Notes under the pieces: model-generated
Told to the model about the DNA's origin: nothing
The model's input: only the letters and a program-made list of their open reading frames with translations
Database searches by the model: none
From: Acidimicrobiia bacterium UBA5794
Lineage (GTDB): Bacteria > Actinomycetota > Acidimicrobiia > Spongiisociales > UBA5794
Length of the DNA: 64,000 nt
Reading direction: 5' to 3'
NCBI GenBank assembly: GCA_002418265.1
Contig: DIDS01000032.1
Coordinates: 76,396 to 140,395, forward strand
Part shown: positions 8,953 to 17,392 of the stretch, piece by piece
Numbering within the stretch: the first letter of the stretch is position 1
Layout of the letters: each line of letters starts with the position of its first letter
Translations under genes and position numbers: made by a program

Positions 8953-10185
8953 TCATCGTCCGGCGTTGACCACTCGTTCGATCGCTGTGTAGACGTGCTC
9001 GGACATCTTGGCTTCCTCGGGATCGAGAAGGTTGGCCATGACCTTGAGCGTCCATTCCATCAGTGGCTTTGACCGGAGACCGACGGTCGTCAGCGTCTTC
9101 ATCACCGTTGGGTTGCCGATGGCCCTGACAAACACCCGAGCGACCCGGTGGTAGTCGCCATACACATCCTCAAGTTCGACCGCATAATCGCTCAACGAAC
9201 CACCGGCCGCGGCCGAAGCGACATGCCTTGCGGCCATCCGGCCGGTCTCGTAGGCATAGTCGATGCCCTCACCATTGAACGGGTTCACCGCACCCGATGC
9301 GTCACCCACGAGTAGCCAATTGCGGCCGACCTTCGGTCCGACCGACAGACTCATGGGGAGTTTTCCTCCGATTGGCTTTGTGTGGGGTGTCAGGGAATCA
9401 ACCTTCCAGTGATCTGGCAGCGCCTCCGAGTAGGCCTCGAGGATGTGACTCGTGTTGACATCCTTCCAACCCTTGAACGTCGATACGAGTCCTGCACCCA
9501 CATTGATCTCACCGTCACCGAGCGGGAACACCCACCCATAGCCCGGCATCGCACGCCCCTTCTTGTCCCTGATGTCGAGTTGGCTTTCGATGAACGGATC
9601 GTCCGAGTTCGGACTCTCATAGTACGCACGGATGGCAAGCCCATAGGGATAGTCCCGTCGACGGCTCGCCCCCAGACTCCGGCCAAACTGGGAGTTCGAA
9701 CCGTCGGCAATGATCACAAATTCGGGATGAACGACACGACTGCCGTCGTCGGTCATCAGGTTCACGCCGGTGACTGCGTTGTTCTCAAGGATGGGTGTCG
9801 CCGTTGTTCCCTGTTCCACCACGGCGCCCTGTGCCGCGGCGAGCCCAGCCACGGTCCCATCAAGATCGGCTCGACGCATGGTTGCTCCCCAGTTTGGGAA
9901 CACCGAATGCTTGGGCCATGTCAGCTCAATCTCAAGATCGCCTGCATAGGACCGCAGACCGTCGATTCGGTGCAGGTCGAGACCGTCGAAATCGAAGCCC
10001 ATGTCGAGCAGTTGGTGTACGGCCCGCGGTGTGAGACCGTCGCCGCAGGCCTTTTCGCGGGGATAGCGCTTTTTCTCCACGAGGTGAACTTCCAGACCGT
10101 TGCGTGCAAGCCAGTACGCAGCCGATGCACCACCTGGGCCGCCCCCGACGACAAGAACAGATGGTGCAGATGGGAGGGAGGTCAT
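8953..10185 (-). CDS. Geranylgeranyl reductase family flavoprotein (MenJ-like menaquinone reductase)
   Basis: VVGGGPGG, YPREKACGDGLTPR, GYGWVFP, VGDASGAVNPFNGEGIDYA. Confidence 0.85.
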   Translation of the reverse strand: MTSLPSAPSVLVVGGGPGGASAAYWLARNGLEVHLVEKKRYPREKACGDGLTPRAVHQLLDMGFDFDGLDLHRIDGLRSYAGDLEIELTWPKHSVFPNWGATMRRADLDGTVAGLAAAQGAVVEQGTTATPILENNAVTGVNLMTDDGSRVVHPEFVIIADGSNSQFGRSLGASRRRDYPYGLAIRAYYESPNSDDPFIESQLDIRDKKGRAMPGYGWVFPLGDGEINVGAGLVSTFKGWKDVNTSHILEAYSEALPDHWKVDSLTPHTKPIGGKLPMSLSVGPKVGRNWLLVGDASGAVNPFNGEGIDYAYETGRMAARHVASAAAGGSLSDYAVELEDVYGDYHRVARVFVRAIGNPTVMKTLTTVGLRSKPLMEWTLKVMANLLDPEEAKMSEHVYTAIERVVNAGR

Positions 10186-10204
10186 GTGATGAGGGTAATG
10201 AGGG

Positions 10205-10242
10205 GAAGTCAGAAGTCAGAAGTCAGAAGTCAGAAGTCAGAA
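10205..10242. repeat. Heptamer tandem repeat (GAAGTCA)x5
   Basis: Five perfect units at 10205-10239 plus GAA, intergenic. Confidence 0.95.
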
Positions 10243-10246
10243 AGCT

Positions 10247-11704
10247 CTATCCCGCGGCTTCTACCGTGGCACCGTCGGTGGAGTCGGCGCCGTCGTCGGT
10301 GAACCCGCAGTCGGCTTCGGCCTCGGCGAGGTCTTCGCCACCGAATTGGACACGCTCATACAGCGCAACCTCGGCAATCTGGGTTTCGTCGAGTGTCGAA
10401 CCAAACGCCGGCATCAAGCCAAATCCCCCGACGGGTTTCGCGTTGGCTCCGTACGTCGGATCGGGCCAACCACTCGTACCGAGGGTGATCCACTCGATCT
10501 GATCTGCGCACGAGCCTGCCGGGAACGTTGTGAGGATCCCACCATCGGTAAAGGCGGGTCCTGCACCACCGGATCCGTCAGCGCCATGGCAAGCCTGGCA
10601 CTGTGCATAGACGGCGGCACCATTACCAAAGTAATCGGCAGTCGAAGTGCCATAGGCAGATCCATCGCAGTTGACGGCATTGCCCGTGACCGGATTGACG
10701 AGGAGTTGTCCTGATGTTCCACATTGGGGTCCGTTTGGTGAGATCAGGATGTAGGTCACGGCGAGGAGTGGAATGATCAGGAATGCTGCCGTGAGCCAAG
10801 CGGGATATCGACCGATCTTGGTACTCGGTGCCTCGACATCCTCCTCCACAATGTCTCCACCGATTGGTTCGATGATCTCGATTTCGTGGGATGTCGAGGA
10901 TGCGTCAGTGTCGGTGTCGGCAGGTTCAGAATCAGCCGGCTGGGTTGTCTTGACTTGATCGACGGGAGCGGGTTTCGCGGCAGACTCGGTTGACGCGACC
11001 GTTGCGGGATCGATCCCTGCCCACTCGGCGAGGACCGCCTCGAGGGACTCACCGGTCTTTTTGGCCCGTGCCTCAGCTGAACGCTTTGCGAGTGCTGCAG
11101 GCATCCCTTTGGCTTCGGCGACCTTGTCCAACAGCTCATCCATTCCTATCCCGCCGAGCGCCGCAGCGGCTACCGGTGCTGCGGCTGGTGAGGCTGGAGC
11201 CACAGGCTCGGATTCCGCTGCCGGTTGGTCGTCTGTCGCCGGTGCTCGGTCGTCGGGTTCCGGTGGTCGGGCTTCGGTCGTTGCTGCGGCCTGTTGCTTC
11301 AATTCATCAAGATCAACACCAGCCCATCCCGCGAGGACCTCATCGAGCGGTGTCCCTGAATGCTCGGCCCTGGCCCTTCCCGAACTCAGGATCAGCTTGG
11401 GTGGCATCCTCTTGGCATCGGCCGCCAGCTGGATCAAGTAGTCGGTCGTCACTTCACCCGGCACCCCCGATTCATCGGCAGGTTCATCGGCAGGTTCATC
11501 GGCGGGCGACGGAGAGGCTTCAGCAGGAGTCGAAGGCTCAGGTTCTGGCGGGACATCTTCGGCAGATACCTCAACGCCAGCCCACTCGGCCAGCACGGCC
11601 TCAAGCGTCATGCCCTCCTTCTCGGCCCGAGCCTCGGCAGATCGCTTCACGAGTGATGCCGGCATCCCACGAATCTCGGCGACCTGGTTGAGGAGTTCTT
11701 CCAT
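10247..11704 (-). CDS. Membrane-anchored monoheme cytochrome c with three N-terminal ~43-aa repeats
   Basis: Three x (GMP..L.KRSA.ARA...G..LE.VLAEWAG), Pro/Ala/Glu linkers, one TM helix, CQACH and distal MPAF. Confidence 0.85.
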   Translation of the reverse strand: MEELLNQVAEIRGMPASLVKRSAEARAEKEGMTLEAVLAEWAGVEVSAEDVPPEPEPSTPAEASPSPADEPADEPADESGVPGEVTTDYLIQLAADAKRMPPKLILSSGRARAEHSGTPLDEVLAGWAGVDLDELKQQAAATTEARPPEPDDRAPATDDQPAAESEPVAPASPAAAPVAAAALGGIGMDELLDKVAEAKGMPAALAKRSAEARAKKTGESLEAVLAEWAGIDPATVASTESAAKPAPVDQVKTTQPADSEPADTDTDASSTSHEIEIIEPIGGDIVEEDVEAPSTKIGRYPAWLTAAFLIIPLLAVTYILISPNGPQCGTSGQLLVNPVTGNAVNCDGSAYGTSTADYFGNGAAVYAQCQACHGADGSGGAGPAFTDGGILTTFPAGSCADQIEWITLGTSGWPDPTYGANAKPVGGFGLMPAFGSTLDETQIAEVALYERVQFGGEDLAEAEADCGFTDDGADSTDGATVEAAG

Positions 11705-11708
11705 CGCT

Positions 11709-13613
11709 CTACCTCAGCGTCTCGATGTAGCTGACCAACGCATCCATGTCGGCGTCAGATAGATATGAATACGACGGCATCGTTGACCAATCTCTCGAAA
11801 TCCGTGGATCGTTCAGATGCGCCTTGAGCCATCCAGAGTTGAAACCTTCCGAGCTTGCAACATGCATGACGTCGGGGCCAACTCTGAGGTGGCCGAGGAG
11901 GGCGGGGTTTTCGTGGACATAGTCTCCTGCGATGCTGACCGGTCCGAGCCCCACGTCTGTACCGACCGGTCGAACCGATTGTGTGTGGCATTCGCCGCAA
12001 CCTTCAGAGATGTAGATGTTTCGACCAGCGAGTTCAGTTGAACCGGCCGGGTATATGCGCGCCTCATCACCGAGGATTGTCGGTTCTGTATTCGCCGGAT
12101 CGATTGCGGGGAATGCCCCTGTGAGCAAGGCTGCTGCGATCCACACCGACGCGGCTCCCCACGCCAACCGCTTCCAGCTCGGCGCAATGACATCACCCTC
12201 AAACTCAAGGTCATAATCGATCGCACCGTCGCCGGTGCCGACCGATGTGGCATTGCCTTTCCCAAGCCGGGAGAAGGCGAACACGATCTGGGCTGCCGCA
12301 AACAACAGGAGGGAAACGGCCGTGATCCAAAGGAACGGCTCCATCGAAACTGTCGTGATTTCCCATGCACTCCCGTTGTTGGCGAAGGATCCGCTCGCCG
12401 GTCCGGAGGCCCACGAAAATCCAGCAACGACACCCCCAGCGATGGTTCCGAATGCCACGCCCGTGAGTCCAGCCACTGACCAGCTGAAGTGAAGTGGGCT
12501 ACCGGATCTGCTGCCGCCTCGGATGATCGAGTGGGTGGCGAACAAAGCAAATGAGCCGATACCGAGGACTACAAGGAGGTCCTTTGCTTGGCTGAAGCTC
12601 GTCGATTGAACAATTGCACTCGTGGAACGGAATGTGAGGAGCACGTTGACCATGGTCACAGCGCCGAGAGCCACGAACGCGACGGTTGCGTACCGCAACG
12701 TCGCGCGGTCGGCAATCCGTGTCACAGATCCATTCAGCATCAAACCCAGATCTGTTGCGATGGCCAGCAGCGGTACGAATGCCGTGATCGCCAATCCAGC
12801 ACCAAGAGTCTCATACCAATCGGGTGCCGCGGAGAACATGAGGCCCGTTGCACTCATGGAACCCCAAACCAACGCAAGTGACCAGAACCCGATTGCCCCG
12901 AGCGGGCGTGGAGCGCTCGGGTCCGTCCCTGTGAGCGACGTCGCCGCAAAGTAGATGAGCCCGACGCTTGTGACGATCACAAACAGACCGGTGATGCTCG
13001 CCGATGCAAAAGCCGTTTGGACCGAGCCACCGATTCCGTCCATGGGAGGGACCAGGCTGACCGCACTCGACAAAGCAAGCCACCAAGCGCCAGCGGTCAG
13101 ATACCAGCCGGTTGCCCCGAGTCTGTTCCTCGCAGCCATCGCTGTTGAAGCAATGGAGATCGCGGCGAGGATGAATCCGACGACCGTGATGGCTCGTGCC
13201 CATAATGGGGCTTCGAAGCCAGCGATTCCGGATTGCAGGCCGACGATGATCCCGATCGCGCCACCGAGCGTTCCAACGACGATGAGAAGCAGTGAAGCCG
13301 TTGAAAGTGCTGAACGCTTGATGTCGGTCTGGGTCGACCGCGAGATGGCAAACAGCGATGCACCGAGAAGGCCAGCAATGATCCAGCCATTCATCAAGAG
13401 GGTGCGGCCCGCCGGTGCGAGTCGTCCCGGCGACGTCGCGGCCGATCCGGAGAAAAGATCGGGAAGCACGCCCTGGAGCGCGGCGATGCCTGCCAGGATG
13501 AGTCCGAGGATCAGGAAAGCGGCTGCGACCATCAGGAACCGTTTCGCGGTGACCGAATCGGTCGTCGTCGACTCTCCCGTTGGAGTGTCTATGGTCGGAG
13601 TTTCCGCGGTCAC
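11709..13613 (-). CDS. cbb3-type oxidase CcoN-CcoO-like fusion; CcoN domain lacks metal-ligand histidines
   Basis: CcoN landmarks (GRLAP, IGFW, PDWYETLG, LHF) over about 12 TM; intact CcoO domain (GRNIYISEGCGECHTQSVRP...GPD...HLNDPR...STMPSY). GTG 13613 has an AGGAGG RBS. Confidence 0.8.
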   Translation of the reverse strand: MTAETPTIDTPTGESTTTDSVTAKRFLMVAAAFLILGLILAGIAALQGVLPDLFSGSAATSPGRLAPAGRTLLMNGWIIAGLLGASLFAISRSTQTDIKRSALSTASLLLIVVGTLGGAIGIIVGLQSGIAGFEAPLWARAITVVGFILAAISIASTAMAARNRLGATGWYLTAGAWWLALSSAVSLVPPMDGIGGSVQTAFASASITGLFVIVTSVGLIYFAATSLTGTDPSAPRPLGAIGFWSLALVWGSMSATGLMFSAAPDWYETLGAGLAITAFVPLLAIATDLGLMLNGSVTRIADRATLRYATVAFVALGAVTMVNVLLTFRSTSAIVQSTSFSQAKDLLVVLGIGSFALFATHSIIRGGSRSGSPLHFSWSVAGLTGVAFGTIAGGVVAGFSWASGPASGSFANNGSAWEITTVSMEPFLWITAVSLLLFAAAQIVFAFSRLGKGNATSVGTGDGAIDYDLEFEGDVIAPSWKRLAWGAASVWIAAALLTGAFPAIDPANTEPTILGDEARIYPAGSTELAGRNIYISEGCGECHTQSVRPVGTDVGLGPVSIAGDYVHENPALLGHLRVGPDVMHVASSEGFNSGWLKAHLNDPRISRDWSTMPSYSYLSDADMDALVSYIETLR

Positions 13614-13650
13614 GCTGGGGGCTTCCTCCTGCATACGGTGTGTTGCCCTG

Positions 13651-13694
13651 CCGACTTTCGGCCGTCGCAACTCTAGCCGTGCGACGGAGGTCAC
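13651..13694. promoter_or_regulatory. Two putative DosR/DevR-like boxes upstream of the ccoNO-like gene
   Basis: ccGACtttcGGCcg and gcGACggagGTCac resemble GGGAC-N4-GTCCC. Confidence 0.35.
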
Positions 13695-13780
13695 ATGTAT
13701 TCCGCCGGCTTGCTGGCCAGCAGGGCATTCGAGGACAGGTAGCCGATGCTGTTCATGATTGGTGAGTGATCGCGGAGCAT

Positions 13781-13786
13781 TACAAT
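13781..13786 (+). promoter_or_regulatory. Putative -10 element of the Rieske/b operon
   Basis: TACAAT followed by AAGGA RBS and TTG 13810. Confidence 0.45.
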
Positions 13787-13809
13787 GACGCCATCACGAA
13801 GGAACACGG

Positions 13810-14394
13810 TTGAACGAACGCAGACGACTTGTCATCGGATATCTCGCGATCCTCGTCGGGATCGCTACGACGATCCTTGCTTCCGTGGGTGTACACATGT
13901 CGGAAGCCCCCGAGTTCGATGAATTCGGCAAGGCCCTTTATTCGTTCATGCCACGGGGTTGGGTGATCGTGACGTTCTTCCAATCCGTCGCGCTCTGCGG
14001 TGTCCTTCTGGCGATGGCTGGTGCGACGTTCGGGTTCATCTACAAGCGACCGCTCACCTGGGCGCGAGCGATGCTCGGAGCCGTCCTCTTTTCTGCTTTG
14101 ATGATGATTCTGTTCGCGGTCATCCCGAACCAATTCCTCACTCTCGCGCAGTCTACACTTGAGTGGACTCCGCAGAAGGTCTTCGTGACCATTCCGCCGA
14201 TTCTTGTGCTCAACAACACCGTGGAGATTTCGTACGCTGCTCTGAAGGACATGATCTCGGCGGGTTATGTCACAACGATGCTCATCGTCATAGCAATCGT
14301 CATGTACCAGATCCAAGAGCGGGCGAAAAGAACAGACGTGCCGAAGCCAGCCCCGGTTTCGGACTACGGACGACCAATGCGATTGGAGCGCTGA
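13810..14394 (+). CDS. Uncharacterised ~4-TM membrane protein
   Basis: Hydrophobic helices, C-terminal SDYGRP; stop overlaps the ferredoxin ATG. Confidence 0.75.
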   Translation: MNERRRLVIGYLAILVGIATTILASVGVHMSEAPEFDEFGKALYSFMPRGWVIVTFFQSVALCGVLLAMAGATFGFIYKRPLTWARAMLGAVLFSALMMILFAVIPNQFLTLAQSTLEWTPQKVFVTIPPILVLNNTVEISYAALKDMISAGYVTTMLIVIAIVMYQIQERAKRTDVPKPAPVSDYGRPMRLER

Positions 14395-14837
14395 TGGCCA
14401 AAGAAGCCTGGCTCGAAACCCCGCCAATCCGCGATGACTATCAACTTGCCATTGTGGATACGGCATACATGACTGCTGCCGTCAAGCCAAAGCAGTTCAT
14501 TCACATCAATGAATCAGAGTGCATCCTCTGTGCCGGTTGTGTGGACATCTGCCCGTGGAAATGCATCCACTTCCTCACTCCCGACATCGTGACGGAAACG
14601 TTCGGTGTTGAACATCCAAGTGCCAAGGAAGAGAACGGAGCATTGTTCCTGATTGACGACACGGAATGCACACGGTGCAAACTATGCATCGATCGCTGCC
14701 CAACGAACGTGATCACGATCGGAAAGTTCGGCGGGTCCGTTGCGGATCAGGTCAGTGAATACGACTCAGCGCCATGGGAATACGACACGGGTGCCAGAGA
14801 CACCAAGAGCGGTGTCGCGTATGGTGTTCGCTGGTAG
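14394..14837 (+). CDS. 2[4Fe-4S] dicluster ferredoxin
   Basis: CILCAGCVDICP and CTRCKLCIDRCP; start MAKEAW coupled to the upstream stop (TGATG). Confidence 0.9.
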   Translation: MAKEAWLETPPIRDDYQLAIVDTAYMTAAVKPKQFIHINESECILCAGCVDICPWKCIHFLTPDIVTETFGVEHPSAKEENGALFLIDDTECTRCKLCIDRCPTNVITIGKFGGSVADQVSEYDSAPWEYDTGARDTKSGVAYGVRW

Positions 14838-14861
14838 GGATTGAGAAGGAGAAAGACGCAC

Positions 14862-15638
14862 GTGGCAGACGGGAACGGGAAAGGCGGAGTACTCACCGCT
14901 GTGAAGGGGATGGGTACCCATCTTCGCAATTCCCAGGTGTGGAACTCGATCTTTCGGCCCGGCTCTCCCGCGCGAGCAGACAGCACCGATTCTCCGAGGA
15001 ACCGCGCCTACGTGGTGATGAACAATGTGCTGTACCACCTTCACCCGGTGAAGGTGAAGCGTCACGGGTTGAAGGTTTCGTATGTGCTGTGTCTCGGCGG
15101 ATTGAGTTTCTTCCTTTTCATCATCCTCACCGTGACCGGCATCTTCTTGATGTTCTACTACCGACCCACCTCGCCAGCGGCATACTTTGATCTCCAAGCT
15201 CTTGCAACCGACGTTGCATTCGGTCAGCTGGTGCGCAACATGCATCGATGGGGTGCTCACCTCATGGTCATCACCGTGTTCCTCCACATGACGCGCGTGT
15301 TCTATCACGGTGCATACAAACCGCCCCGCGAGTTCAACTGGGTGGTCGGCATCATCCTCCTGCTGTTGACACTTCTCCTGTCGTTCACCGGCTACCTCCT
15401 GCCATGGGATCAGCTTGCATTGTGGGCGGTCACTGTCGGCTCGAACATGGGCGCCTATGCACCGGTTTTCGGTGAGCAAGTGTCCTTCATCCTTGTGGGA
15501 GGGGTGCAGATCACTGCCGACACACTGTTGCGTTTTTATGTCCTCCATGTCCTCTTCCTTCCGTTTGTCATCGTCATCTTCATGGCCGTCCACTTCTGGC
15601 GGGTCCGTAAAGATGGCGGCATATCAGGACCCCTGTAA
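14862..15638 (+). CDS. Cytochrome b6-like subunit of menaquinol:cytochrome c reductase
   Basis: RNMHRWGAH...[18 protein letters not shown]...AVHFW; CLGG heme ci cysteine; AAGGAG RBS before the GTG. Confidence 0.95.
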   Translation: MADGNGKGGVLTAVKGMGTHLRNSQVWNSIFRPGSPARADSTDSPRNRAYVVMNNVLYHLHPVKVKRHGLKVSYVLCLGGLSFFLFIILTVTGIFLMFYYRPTSPAAYFDLQALATDVAFGQLVRNMHRWGAHLMVITVFLHMTRVFYHGAYKPPREFNWVVGIILLLLTLLLSFTGYLLPWDQLALWAVTVGSNMGAYAPVFGEQVSFILVGGVQITADTLLRFYVLHVLFLPFVIVIFMAVHFWRVRKDGGISGPL

Positions 15639-15647
15639 GGAGATCGT

Positions 15648-16547
15648 GTGGCACAGCTACCAGAGAATCTCCTGAGGCGTGCAGCCGAGGCGAGAGCAAA
15701 AGCCGAAGGCATCCCAGTCGAGGAGGCGTTGGCTGAGATGAAAGGTGAAGCACCACCGGCTGGCGCCGACGCCGCCGCTCCTTCGGCCGGGGCACCGGCA
15801 CCCGTTGCCGCCTCTGGCGGGCCGGTTCGGGATCTCGACGCAGAATCGTCGAAGTTCGGTGTGCCACGACCGCTCCTCGACCGTGGCATGCGCGCACGAG
15901 CCCGAAAGGACGGAACCGCGGTACCGGCAATGGCGGGCGCGGCTGTAGCCGCTAGCCCTGCCGCCGGCAAAGCCGCTCCTGCTGCCCCTGCTGCGCCAGG
16001 TGGTCCACCTCCCGCTGCAGGTCCTCCTCCAGGGGTGCGTACGCAGCGCCTCCTGACCGTCGTCAAAGCAGGAGCCATCCAAGGAACGACGAAAGAGCCC
16101 CAGGACAAGGTCAACGTGTGGCCACATCTGCTCGCCATCGAGTTTGTCGCACTCTTGGCAATGCTTGCGCTACTCACATTGATGTCTGCATTCATCGACG
16201 CACCACTGCTTGAATTCGCAAACTTCAACCAGCAGCCGAACCCGTCGAAGGCACCGTGGTACTTCCTCGGCCTCCAGGAGTTGCTCGCATACTTCGACCC
16301 TCAGGTCGCAGGCGTCCTGCTACCCACGTTCGGCATGATTGCGTTGATGTTCATTCCCTACGTGGACCGGAACCCATCCGTCCGCCCGTCCGATCGCAAG
16401 CTCGCGTTCTCGATCTTCACGGTCTTTTTCATGGCTGCCTCGATCCTCACCATTTTCGGATCATTCTTCCGAGGACCGGGGTTCAACTTTGTGTTCCCAT
16501 GGCGCGATGGCATATTCTTTGACGACTTAAAGACGTTACTCGAATGA
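15648..16547 (+). CDS. Subunit IV (PetD-like, cytochrome b C-terminal part) with N-terminal repeat module
   Basis: WPHLL, NPSKAPWYFLGLQELL, PYVDRNPS; three TM helices; Pro/Ala-rich N-terminus. Confidence 0.9.
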   Translation: MAQLPENLLRRAAEARAKAEGIPVEEALAEMKGEAPPAGADAAAPSAGAPAPVAASGGPVRDLDAESSKFGVPRPLLDRGMRARARKDGTAVPAMAGAAVAASPAAGKAAPAAPAAPGGPPPAAGPPPGVRTQRLLTVVKAGAIQGTTKEPQDKVNVWPHLLAIEFVALLAMLALLTLMSAFIDAPLLEFANFNQQPNPSKAPWYFLGLQELLAYFDPQVAGVLLPTFGMIALMFIPYVDRNPSVRPSDRKLAFSIFTVFFMAASILTIFGSFFRGPGFNFVFPWRDGIFFDDLKTLLE

Positions 16548-17392
16548 CCACGACCACCTTCATCCTCATCCTGATTGGCGCTGGCGTTGTTGCCCTGGCC
16601 GGCATCATTGTTGTCGCTGCGCGCCGATCCGAATCGGAGGGTGCCGCAACCCCAGCCGAGCTGGATCGGAAGGCGGTCAAGGCTGATCGTGCTCGTCGGG
16701 CGAGACTTGCCGAGGCCCAGGCCGAAGGCGGAAACGGTGGTGGCGTTGCGACGATGGTCGCCGCTCCTGCCGAGTTCGACGATGATCCTCCCAAACAGGA
16801 GATCTCCTCCGAGGAATACGGCGTCACCCGTCGCAAGTTCTTCAATCGTGCGCTTACCGCTGTGTTCGGTCTCTTCATGTTGCAGTTTACGCTCGCGAGC
16901 CTTGCGTTCATGTGGCCAAAGCTCAAAGGTGGCTTCGGAACACCCATCAATGCTGGCAAGGTCTCCGATCTCAAGGCTGAGGTCCTCGTTGCTGGTTCTC
17001 TCGTGCCCAAGTTCGTGCCACCAGCCCAGGCGTGGATCGTTCCATTCGAGATGTCGAAACTCAAAGGCTCCTCGTTTGAATCGGTTCCCTTTGTGGTCGC
17101 TGGGGGTGAATCGGACGGTGTCGGTCTCATGGCGCTGTGGCAACGCTGCGTCCACCTTGGGTGTCGGGTTCCTTCATGTGAGTCATCCCAGGGTTTCGAA
17201 TGTCCGTGTCATGGATCCAAATACAACGGTCACGGAGAGTATTCACAGGGACCTGCCCCACGAAATCTCGACCGCTTTGGCGTGTCGGTCAACGACGCTG
17301 GCGAACTGATCGTCGAGACCGGCAACATCGTCCAAACCTCTCGGTCCAAGCACTTCACGATCCTGTATCCCCAAGGGCCCTTCTGTGTTTGA
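16544..17392 (+). CDS. Rieske [2Fe-2S] subunit
   Basis: CVHLGC and CPCHGSKY, GPAPRNL; internal TRRKFF twin-arginine motif. Confidence 0.95.
   Translation: MTTTTFILILIGAGVVALAGIIVVAARRSESEGAATPAELDRKAVKADRARRARLAEAQAEGGNGGGVATMVAAPAEFDDDPPKQEISSEEYGVTRRKFFNRALTAVFGLFMLQFTLASLAFMWPKLKGGFGTPINAGKVSDLKAEVLVAGSLVPKFVPPAQAWIVPFEMSKLKGSSFESVPFVVAGGESDGVGLMALWQRCVHLGCRVPSCESSQGFECPCHGSKYNGHGEYSQGPAPRNLDRFGVSVNDAGELIVETGNIVQTSRSKHFTILYPQGPFCV

Noticed and set aside
10205-10242. CRISPR array
   Set aside because: Spacer-less 7-bp tandem with no cas genes; the same applies to the 15-bp repeat at 63851.
11471-11503. 12-bp tandem (TTCATCGGCAGG) in the cytochrome c gene
   Set aside because: An ordinary low-complexity linker expansion (ADEP repeats).
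11709-13613. Functional cbb3 oxidase or NO reductase
   Set aside because: None of the six metal-ligand histidines is present.
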